From: Candidatus Saccharimonadota bacterium
GTDB taxonomy: Bacteria; Patescibacteriota; Saccharimonadia; Saccharimonadales; UBA4665
Assembly: GCA_016700375.1 (NCBI GenBank)
Contig: CP065016.1
Location: 420,001-452,000 of the forward strand
Reading direction: 5' to 3'
Length of the DNA stretch: 32,000 nucleotides
The notes beneath the pieces were generated by a model that ran no database searches, was not told where the DNA came from, and saw only the letters and a program-made list of their open reading frames with translations. Below, piece by piece: positions 23,768-30,848 of this stretch. Positions within the stretch are counted from its first letter, which is position 1. Each line of letters opens with the position of its first letter. Made by a program: the position numbers and the translations under genes.

Positions 23768-23891
23768 TATAAACGGGGCTGTTTATAATACTGATAAGCA
23801 GCGGAAAAGCATATGCGTCAATGTTGTTGGTCAATCACCACATCCTCTTATATACTAAAGTAAGCATAAGACTCATGAGGAAAATTACCGT

Positions 23892-26054
23892 ATGATGCCA
23901 AAATTGTACGAAGCCATCGATATGGCCGTTGCTAGTGGTGTCCCTCCAAACATGCTGGCAGATGTACTGACTGGTTTGGGTTGGCCAAAAGATCTCGTGA
24001 ATCAAGCTGTTGATGCCTGGCTCAAAACAAATGGTCGTCAGACTATCCGAACTGATTTCAAAACATGGCTCAAAAAGTACCAAAAACGCGCCCGGCCAGC
24101 CATTGCGATTGTGGTAACACTCGGCCTAGTCGAAGCGGCTGTCTCGCTCCTGAAACCGTGGCCAATAAAAATTATGGCCGATTCGGCTTTCAATACAATC
24201 CCAGCACCAGGTCCGCTTGAACAATTCACAGGGCAACCCAAGCTTATCGCCATAACCGCTCTCATGTCTATAGTACTTTTTTTGGTCGGTGCAGGATTTT
24301 CCTGGTTCAGTGATGTCCTGTTGCTCAAAATTGGATTTTGGCTCAATCGCTCCATAAAAGCCGAATCATTCCGTCACATTTTGCACCTGCCACTCTACCA
24401 TCAACAGCGCCTAGCAAAAGGGGACTACGTCTATCGCCAAAATGTAGTCACCAACAGTCTATCAGAATTGGTCCTCGGCACGACAGCATCTATCATCAGT
24501 TCTATCATCATGATACTTGGTGTTTTAGCCATCATGTTCAGCTTCAATCCAGTACTCACATTAGTGTCGGTAGTGCTCATGCCACTCTTGTACCTCACTA
24601 TGCGCTTGATTGCCCCTCACATGGGCATATACGCCCAGCAACTTACTGAGATAAACAGTAAGACCGCTTCAAGTATCAATGAGGCTGTTGATAATGCTGA
24701 GACGGTTCAAGCGTTTACACTCGAAGACAAACAGCTCCTAAAAGTCGATGAACTTTGGCACGAGGGCTATCAAGCAACACGCAAGAGTCTCACGTGGAAT
24801 AATTTGCTTGCCAACACAAATTCATTTTTGGTCATACTCGCAACTTCTACTGTGATGTATTTTGGTGGCACAGCAGCAATGCAGGGTAAAATGACGTTCG
24901 GCGAACTACTTATCTTTATGACATACATGGGCTACCTTCTTGGGCCAATTGAAAGCCTGGTGAAACAAATAACCTCCCGCTATCAAAAAATAATAGACGT
25001 CGGTCGGGTCTACGAGGTACTGAGCGACCACGAAAACATCGAAAATCTCCGTTCAGACCGTATGCTGCCACCGCTCATCCGTGGCGTTGTTGATTTTCAA
25101 AACATTAGCTATGCCTACAACGGCCAAACTGTTTTTAGTGGGCTAAGCCTCCATATTGACCAAAATGAGAAGGTAGCCATCATAGGCCCAAGCGGAGGCG
25201 GCAAGAGTACTATCCTAAAACTGCTACCTCTCTTTATCACGCCCGACGCCGGAAAAATCACCATCGATGGTATAGACACCCAGTCCGTCTCATTGCAACA
25301 GCTCCGCAAGAAAATTGCTTGGGTGAGCCAGACGCCTCAACTGTTTGACGGAAGCATCGTTGAGAATATTTACGATGGAGACGTAAACCGCCCCATCGAT
25401 ACAGAAGAGGTCAAATACGCCGTACAGGTTGCAAATGTACTCGAGTTTGCCATAAAAATGCCCATGGGCATTAATTCACCCACCGGCGAAAATGGTGGCT
25501 CCCTTAGCGGCGGACAGCGTCAGCGTGTGGCTATTGCTCGCTCACTTATTAAACAAGCACCCATTCTTTGTCTCGACGAACCAACTGCCGCCCTTGACGC
25601 CAAGAGCGAAAACTATATTCGTGACTCGCTCAAAGAAATTATCCGCGACAAAACTGTACTCATGGTAACTCATCGTAAAGCTCTGCTTGCGCTCATGGAC
25701 ACAATCTATGTCCTAGAAGATGGTGTTCTACGAAATGTCAATGAGCTTGGCGGTCTCGACGTATATCTGCAGCGCCTAGAAGGAGTCAACGAAGCAATTA
25801 TCCAGCGGCAAATCCAGGATGAGCAGGAGTACATTGTGCCTGAAGTTGTCGATATGCATATTAGTCAAGCGCAGCAAAGTATGCCCGTCATGCAACCCGT
25901 AGCCGTAACCGTAGCCGTAGCCAATGCATCCCAAAATACCGAAGAATCATCCTCGCAAGTTTACTTACCCGCTAGAGACATGGCGTCCGACACGCTCTCA
26001 AATGATTCGGAAGAGGCGACTGATGACAACGAAATTATTATCAAGCTGCACTAG
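23892..26054 (+). CDS. ABC exporter, fused permease/ATPase (MsbA/MdlB-like type I exporter) with N- and C-terminal extensions
   Basis: 720 aa with six predicted TM helices. Walker A is GPSGGGKST, the signature is LSGGQRQRVAIAR and Walker B is ILCLDEPTAALD. It has an ~55-aa N-terminal soluble extension and an ~90-aa acidic C-terminal tail. Confidence 0.92.
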   Translation: MMPKLYEAIDMAVASGVPPNMLADVLTGLGWPKDLVNQAVDAWLKTNGRQTIRTDFKTWLKKYQKRARPAIAIVVTLGLVEAAVSLLKPWPIKIMADSAFNTIPAPGPLEQFTGQPKLIAITALMSIVLFLVGAGFSWFSDVLLLKIGFWLNRSIKAESFRHILHLPLYHQQRLAKGDYVYRQNVVTNSLSELVLGTTASIISSIIMILGVLAIMFSFNPVLTLVSVVLMPLLYLTMRLIAPHMGIYAQQLTEINSKTASSINEAVDNAETVQAFTLEDKQLLKVDELWHEGYQATRKSLTWNNLLANTNSFLVILATSTVMYFGGTAAMQGKMTFGELLIFMTYMGYLLGPIESLVKQITSRYQKIIDVGRVYEVLSDHENIENLRSDRMLPPLIRGVVDFQNISYAYNGQTVFSGLSLHIDQNEKVAIIGPSGGGKSTILKLLPLFITPDAGKITIDGIDTQSVSLQQLRKKIAWVSQTPQLFDGSIVENIYDGDVNRPIDTEEVKYAVQVANVLEFAIKMPMGINSPTGENGGSLSGGQRQRVAIARSLIKQAPILCLDEPTAALDAKSENYIRDSLKEIIRDKTVLMVTHRKALLALMDTIYVLEDGVLRNVNELGGLDVYLQRLEGVNEAIIQRQIQDEQEYIVPEVVDMHISQAQQSMPVMQPVAVTVAVANASQNTEESSSQVYLPARDMASDTLSNDSEEATDDNEIIIKLH

Positions 26055-26154
26055 CGCCTCCCCCGGCTAGGCCCGTGGACAAATCAGTCGTCTGTGAAAA
26101 AGTTGCATAAGCCACAATATCGTAAACAATCTTGAGCTGGTATACTGAAACGGT

Positions 26155-26595
26155 ATGAGCTTCACCACCGAAGAAAAACAGGAGCTTCTCGCCCTCATTA
26201 TAGAAGGTGTCGAAACTGTCACTGGGCCTCGTTTTGAAGCATTGGAAGCCGATGTCGCAGAGCTTAAGTCCGATGTCGCAGAGCTTAAGTCCGATGTCGC
26301 AGAGCTTAAGTCCGATGTCGCAGAGCTTAAGTCCGATATGCGGAGCGTCAAATCAGAACTGACCGATATCAACCATCGACTTACCAGTCTAGAGTTATCA
26401 TTCCAAAACTTCGACGAGCGGTTGCAGGCTCTCGAAAATGACGTCAAAGAAATATACAAAATATTGGCCGCCAAACCAATTTCGGCCTTCGGCAGCCGCG
26501 CATATGCCAAACTTTCCAATAGCCAAAAACTCCTCGAGCTTCACAAAGAAGTCCGTCACCTCGCTTCCGTAGAAGGCGTTACGCTGCCGTCCTAA
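26155..26595 (+). CDS. hypothetical coiled-coil protein with a (DVAELKS)x4 heptad array
   Basis: 146 aa with heptad periodicity throughout (EALEA DVAELKS x4 DMRSVKS ELTDINH...). No other motif. Confidence 0.65.
   Translation: MSFTTEEKQELLALIIEGVETVTGPRFEALEADVAELKSDVAELKSDVAELKSDVAELKSDMRSVKSELTDINHRLTSLELSFQNFDERLQALENDVKEIYKILAAKPISAFGSRAYAKLSNSQKLLELHKEVRHLASVEGVTLPS
26251..26334 (+). repeat. perfect 21-bp tandem repeat x4 (GATGTCGCAGAGCTTAAGTCC), in-frame
   Basis: Four identical head-to-tail units at 26251, 26272, 26293 and 26314. A diverged fifth unit follows. Confidence 0.95.
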
Positions 26596-26690
26596 CTTTA
26601 TAGCCCTTCTACATTCCACACTATAAAATCCCTCCGTAGGGCTGCGCAAGACTGGCAGGGTCGTTAATACCAGAGCCGTGCGCCCCTCAC

Positions 26691-26717
26691 AAAAAAATCG
26701 GCTGCACGCCAGAGCCG
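26691..26717 (-). terminator. intrinsic terminator of the lipoprotein gene
   Basis: On the minus strand CGGCT-ctggcgtgc-AGCCG is followed by ATTTTTTT, 8 nt after the stop codon. Confidence 0.5.
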
Positions 26718-26724
26718 TTGGCTT

Positions 26725-27243
26725 TCATTTTCCAGGAATATTTACAACTATGCCAGCACCCCTCATCGCTATTATCGAATTCACGGCGGCTGGGCTCAGG
26801 TATGTACCCTCATGTCCACCGGAGCTGTCGGTACAAAACGTAGTTGCGGGGGTGCCTACCATAGGACTTCGCAGGAAGACTGATGTAATCCTCCCTTCAT
26901 CGGAAAACACTGTTCTCAATGTTTCTTCCTGAGGTCCATTAGGGATTGCGCCGAGGTAAACCCCATCCGCAGAAGATTCATATCCGAACATTGCCTCTTG
27001 CGGAACACTCGCGGCCAGTGCGTGTTGACCGACATATATCGCGGCTAGCGCATCGGGCATCTCGCCAGACGGTACTTCATACGCCGTACTTGCCCAGCCT
27101 TTCGGGCACGCACCGATAGCATTCGGGTCTTTCTGCCCGCCACAAGCACTCAAGCCCAAGCCCCCAGTAGCGACAAGCAATCCGGTTGCTATAGTTCTTT
27201 TAGTACGATTAAACTCCAACATACCATACTCCTTAGTTACCAA
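26725..27243 (-). CDS. hypothetical lipoprotein
   Basis: Signal peptide with a lipobox (TIATGLLVATGGLGLSAC|GG). The likely start is the MLEFNRTK Met at 27222. Confidence 0.7.
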   Translation of the reverse strand: MVTKEYGMLEFNRTKRTIATGLLVATGGLGLSACGGQKDPNAIGACPKGWASTAYEVPSGEMPDALAAIYVGQHALAASVPQEAMFGYESSADGVYLGAIPNGPQEETLRTVFSDEGRITSVFLRSPMVGTPATTFCTDSSGGHEGTYLSPAAVNSIIAMRGAGIVVNIPGK

Positions 27244-27301
27244 TCGTCTCCAAATATACTCTCTCTTAAAGCGTCAATACTAAAATATATTGATGAATTT
27301 T

Positions 27302-27329
27302 TTGCAAATGCTCTTACCTCTGTTATAAT
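27302..27329 (+). promoter_or_regulatory. sigma70-type promoter of der (TTGCAA-16-TGTTATAAT, extended -10)
   Basis: The -35 is at 27302-27307 and the TGnTATAAT at 27321-27329. The der ATG at 27338 is 8 nt after the -10, so the transcript is leaderless or nearly so. Confidence 0.55.
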
Positions 27330-27337
27330 AGACTGAA

Positions 27338-28753
27338 ATGAGTACAAAACTACCAATCGTTGCCATAGTGGGGCGGGCAAATGTGGGCAAAAGCTCGCTG
27401 TTTAACGCCATCCTCGACCGCCGCGAAGCCATTGTGGCGCACGAGGCTGGCACCACGCGCGACAGCATTACCGCCAAGGCTGAGTGGCAGGGGCAAAACT
27501 TCTGGCTCGTTGACACCGCGGGCATGAAAGACGCAGCCGACGACTTTGAGTTCACCATCCAGGAACAAATAATCCAGGCGGCCGATAGCGCCGACATAAT
27601 ATGGGTGGTGGTAGAGGCAAACATACCCATTAGCGAAGAAGACCGCCGAGTCGCCAAACTCGCGCTCAAGAGTAAAAAGCCCGTTTTTCTCATAATAAAC
27701 AAGGTTGACCGCGCCCGCGGGCACGACCTTGAGGGCTTTGAGCGCCTGGGCATTAAGCCAATTTTCCCAACCAGCGCCACCCAAAAACGCGGCATAGATG
27801 ACCTGCTCGACACCCTCGTCAGCCATATTCCAAAGGCTACGCTGGCCGATAACGACGACTGTCTCCGTATAGCACTGCTCGGTAGACCAAATGTGGGGAA
27901 GTCGCAATTGTTTAACACCCTCGCTAAAAAACAGCAGGCCATTGTTGCCGACCGGGCGGGCACCACGCGGGATATCAACCGCGCCACCGTGCGCTACAGC
28001 GGGCAGGAGATTGAACTCATGGACACGGCGGGTATTCGCCGCCCGGGCAAAATCGGTGTCGGTATAGAGCATTTTAGCGTCGTCCGCAGCCTCAGTGCCA
28101 TTGAACAAGCCGACGTATGCTTGCTACTTATAGACGTAAACGAAATTGGCACCGCCCTCGACCAAAAAATTGCCGGCATGATAAAAGAAGCCGGCAAAGG
28201 GCTTATAATCGTCGTGTCAAAATGGGATAGCGTGGAGGGGAAAGATGCCTTCACGCGCGACGCCCTTGCCCCGCAAATTACTCACACGTTTGACTTCGTT
28301 GCGTGGGCACCGCTCATTTTTACCAGCAGCGTTACCGGCCAGAATGTCACCAAAATATTCGACCTCGCGCTCGACATTGCCAACGCCCGAAAAACCCGTA
28401 TTTCTACCCGCGTGCTCAATAGCTGGCTTGGCGGCGTTATTGCCAAACACCCTCCCGCCGGTCTCAAGAACCGCGCCCCCAAACTGAACTACATGGTACA
28501 GGAAGATGACAACCCCATCCCGGCCTTCAAAATCTTTGGGGCACACACCAAGTTCCTCCACTGGAGCTACAAGCGTTTCATGGAACGCGAACTTCGCGCC
28601 CAGTTCCATTTTGAGGGCACCGCGGTGCAACTATGGTTTATAGAAAAAGACGGCCGCCACAAACACGGCAACAGCCCCACCAAGCCAGAACGCTCAGAGA
28701 CACAACGGAAGATTGTGAAGAATAAAACACGCAGCAAACGAAAGGAATCGTGA
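27338..28753 (+). CDS. der: ribosome-associated GTPase Der (EngA), tandem GTPase domains plus KH-like domain
   Basis: Two G domains (GRANVGKSSLFN...DTAG...NKVD and GRPNVGKSQLFN...DTAG...SKWD) and a C-terminal KH-like region with a basic tail. Confidence 0.97.
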   Translation: MSTKLPIVAIVGRANVGKSSLFNAILDRREAIVAHEAGTTRDSITAKAEWQGQNFWLVDTAGMKDAADDFEFTIQEQIIQAADSADIIWVVVEANIPISEEDRRVAKLALKSKKPVFLIINKVDRARGHDLEGFERLGIKPIFPTSATQKRGIDDLLDTLVSHIPKATLADNDDCLRIALLGRPNVGKSQLFNTLAKKQQAIVADRAGTTRDINRATVRYSGQEIELMDTAGIRRPGKIGVGIEHFSVVRSLSAIEQADVCLLLIDVNEIGTALDQKIAGMIKEAGKGLIIVVSKWDSVEGKDAFTRDALAPQITHTFDFVAWAPLIFTSSVTGQNVTKIFDLALDIANARKTRISTRVLNSWLGGVIAKHPPAGLKNRAPKLNYMVQEDDNPIPAFKIFGAHTKFLHWSYKRFMERELRAQFHFEGTAVQLWFIEKDGRHKHGNSPTKPERSETQRKIVKNKTRSKRKES

Positions 28754-28831
28754 ATCATGAATCATGAATCATGTAGAAAAATAGTGGGGTATTTTCCATT
28801 CTTAATTCATAATTCATCTTTCATCATTCAG
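28745..28831 (+). repeat. family A heptamer-armed element, short intergenic copy overlapping the der stop codon
   Basis: The left arm is TGAATCA x3 (perfect). The junction ATTTTCCATTCTTAATTC matches ATTTTCCACTCTTAACTC of the umuC copy. The right arm is ATTCTTA ATTCATA ATTCATC TTTCATC. The first TGA (28751-28753) is the der stop. Confidence 0.7.
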
Positions 28832-28848
28832 CGACCGGGGGTCGCATA

Positions 28849-29487
28849 ATGGCACTTTTTGTAAAACGACCCGAAATCGGTGACCGCATAAACTTCTCCA
28901 CATATGGTATGAACAAAACCCTACTTTTCGTCGGCCTCGGCAACCCCGGCAGCGACTACGATGGTACTCGGCACAATATAGGCTTTATGTGCCTAGATGA
29001 GTTTGCCCGTAAAAACGAATTCCCATCCTGGGTGAACAAAACAGATATGAAATGCCTATCCGCGGTGAAAACCATGGGAGACACCCGTGTTATTTTGTGC
29101 AAACCCACAACCTACATGAACCTCAGCGGGGAAGCCGTGCAGGCAATTGCCCATTTTTATAAAGTGCCGCTCGGAAGTGTTATTGTTGTACACGATGAAA
29201 TAGATGTTGATTTTGGCCAAGTGCGTATGCGGGTAGGGGGTAGCAGCGCCGGGCACAATGGCATAAAAAGCGTTACCAAACTGCTCGGCAGCCCAGAGTA
29301 CGGCCGTGTGCGCGTGGGCATCGGCCCTAAAACCCCAACGCAAATAGACTCCGCCGATTTTGTGCTCCAAAAATTCAGCGAGACAGAGCAGGCGAGTCTG
29401 ACAAAACTCACCCGGGAAACCACCGCCATCCTCAGCGAATACGCCTACGGCACCCCCATCACCCCCGACACCCGTGAGTTTTTATAA
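28849..29487 (+). CDS. pth: peptidyl-tRNA hydrolase
   Basis: LFVGLGNPGSDYDGTRHNIGF, PTTYMNLSG and GHNGIKS are canonical Pth motifs. An alternative start at ATG 28909 (MNKTLLFVGLGNPG) would remove a 20-aa extension. Confidence 0.93.
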   Translation: MALFVKRPEIGDRINFSTYGMNKTLLFVGLGNPGSDYDGTRHNIGFMCLDEFARKNEFPSWVNKTDMKCLSAVKTMGDTRVILCKPTTYMNLSGEAVQAIAHFYKVPLGSVIVVHDEIDVDFGQVRMRVGGSSAGHNGIKSVTKLLGSPEYGRVRVGIGPKTPTQIDSADFVLQKFSETEQASLTKLTRETTAILSEYAYGTPITPDTREFL

Positions 29488-29501
29488 GAAAAATGGAGAT
29501 A

Positions 29502-30032
29502 TTACCCCTCGGACTTCACTGGATAGCAGAGTGTGAGCATTTCATTGAGGTGCAAAATGTCTGGTTGAAGCACGTAAAAAACTAGTGGACCTTTTTGGGT
29601 TGTTTGTTTAAATGAATCGATTTCATTAAAGTACGGTGTCGGAAAGTCCATGCGGTCTGCCGTCAGAATATTACACTTATTAATAACTGCCGTAGCGGCC
29701 AGTATAGTATCGCCGTCTGAGATACTTTTTGCTTTATGCTTGACTGCATCATCACGCCCATAGCACGTGCTCAGGGCGGCAGCAATATCAAGGGTGTACT
29801 TGTCAACCGGGAAGGCCCGAAATCTGTCTACCACTGCTTTTGCCAACGGAACTCGAGCGTGTTCTAACCCTCTGTATATCTCGAACCGAACATATTCAGA
29901 GACAGCAGTTTCATATGATTTGGCAACCAATTCGATAACATCTATTGCAGCCTGCTTCGTCGCTGACTTGAATGCGTAGTCAATAATATTGGCGTCAAAT
30001 AGCACCACCCCAAATTGCTTGGATGGTTTCAT
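29502..30032 (-). CDS. PIN-domain protein (VapC-like putative ribonuclease toxin)
   Basis: 176 aa with acidic PIN residues in the expected order: VVLFDANIIDY (D), RFEIYRG (E), ISDGDTILAATA (D), ILTADRMDF (D). Confidence 0.72.
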   Translation of the reverse strand: MKPSKQFGVVLFDANIIDYAFKSATKQAAIDVIELVAKSYETAVSEYVRFEIYRGLEHARVPLAKAVVDRFRAFPVDKYTLDIAAALSTCYGRDDAVKHKAKSISDGDTILAATAVINKCNILTADRMDFPTPYFNEIDSFKQTTQKGPLVFYVLQPDILHLNEMLTLCYPVKSEG

Positions 30033-30034
30033 GC

Positions 30035-30151
30035 TTAATAGCTTGCTTGCTTGATGAGTTTGAGTACGGCCTTAATATCCGTCGGCTTATGGGGCTTCGA
30101 TGCGCGAATTGCTATGGGATTACCTGGTATTTTTATGACCGTTTCGTTCAT
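30035..30151 (-). CDS. 38-aa ORF immediately upstream of the PIN gene (candidate antitoxin)
   Basis: Manual translation of the minus strand gives MNETVIKIPGNPIAIRASKPHKPTDIKAVLKLIKQASY*. Its TAA stop ends 2 nt before the PIN ATG. It falls below the ORF-track length cutoff and has only a weak SD. Confidence 0.35.
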   Translation of the reverse strand: MNETVIKIPGNPIAIRASKPHKPTDIKAVLKLIKQASY

Positions 30152-30374
30152 ACTTCTATGGTCTCACACACTCTGCTCGAGCGCAACCGCAACGCATACC
30201 GAGAGGTGCGCATACCGCATACATAAAAAGACCACCGAGAGAGTGAGGATTGCCAGTGGCAATCCTCAAGGCCAGAAACTGATTGCGAGCTATGCTTGCA
30301 GCCAGTTGAGGCGAGGTCGCAACTGATTGCCAGCTTGCTGGCAGTAGGATTGTGACTGGGCACCGTATCTGCGA

Positions 30375-30422
30375 CAAACAAAAAAGGTCAGTAGAGGGGG
30401 TGGGCACCGCTACTGACCTTTT
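30375..30422 (-). terminator. strong intrinsic terminator
   Basis: On the minus strand AAGGTCAGTAG-cggtgcccaccccct-CTACTGACCTT forms an 11-bp perfect stem, followed by TTTTTGTTTG. Confidence 0.8.
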
Positions 30423-30794
30423 ATGGAGCCGAACACGTCGGCTCCCTCCACCCTTCAACCCACCAAGATGAGTGAAGCATCGAAACATCTATGAAATCAA
30501 CGATGTCGTGCCTCTCCCGCTTTCGCAGAAAGAACCGTTCAGGCTCACTACCAGTATCTGGGGCCGACTGGTGCAAGCACCTGTCGAACCTAGTTAAAGG
30601 GGTTAGTTTGTTTTAGAACGCTTCCGGCTGGTTAAAGCCAGAGAACGCCAAGAGAAAAGTGGAGGGTAACAACTTTTGGTATGGCACGTTCTAAAACAAT
30701 CTAACAATTTCCTCTGGCGACAAGTCACCGGAGGCGTTAGAATGGGGATATAAGGTGCAAAAGTGGTCACTACAAGAGTGACAGACACTTATGA
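30378..30794 (-). ncRNA. candidate ~417-nt structured non-coding RNA of unknown class
   Basis: The locus is bounded by a consensus promoter (30801-30829) and the terminator at 30375-30422, with no convincing ORF. It has an 11-bp long-range helix (30610-30620/30687-30697), three CUUG-capped helices and one GAAA-capped helix. Confidence 0.6.
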
Positions 30795-30800
30795 GTTGCT

Positions 30801-30829
30801 ATTTTAGCAAAAAAGTGTCACAGTGTCAA
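30801..30829 (-). promoter_or_regulatory. near-consensus sigma70 promoter (TTGACA-17-TAAAAT) on the minus strand
   Basis: The minus strand reads TTGACActgtgacacttttttgcTAAAAT. The -35 is the complement of 30824-30829, the -10 is the complement of 30801-30806, and the spacer is exactly 17 nt. Confidence 0.7.
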
Positions 30830-30848
30830 TACTTATTCATTTTTTGGT

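Noticed and set aside
26251-26334. Possible CRISPR or regulatory repeat (21-bp x4)
   Set aside because: The units are contiguous without spacers. They lie in-frame in a coiled-coil ORF and encode exact heptads.
27280-28630. Long antisense ORFs within der (235, 252, 86 and 137 aa)
   Set aside because: They lie entirely within and opposite the high-confidence der CDS and have no motifs. They are typical shadow ORFs of GC-balanced coding DNA.
30603-30788. 61-aa ORF (GTG start) inside the ncRNA candidate
   Set aside because: It has no SD and uses a GTG start within a hairpin. The sequence is odd and Cys/Thr/Pro-rich, and the ORF spans strongly base-paired segments. It is probably fortuitous, though a small protein cannot be excluded.
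30378-30794. Known RNA classes for the candidate ncRNA: RNase P RNA, tmRNA, SRP RNA, 6S RNA
   Set aside because: - RNase P: no GAGGAAAGUCC (only AGAGGAAAUUG) and no ACAGAAnnCGGCUUA.
- tmRNA: no GGGG...UUCGA 5' end paired to a ...UCCACCA 3' end, and no T-arm-like GGUUCGAnUCC.
- SRP: no GGAA-capped SRP domain IV motif.
- 6S: the length is too great.

These were by-eye checks only and need confirmation with cmscan.
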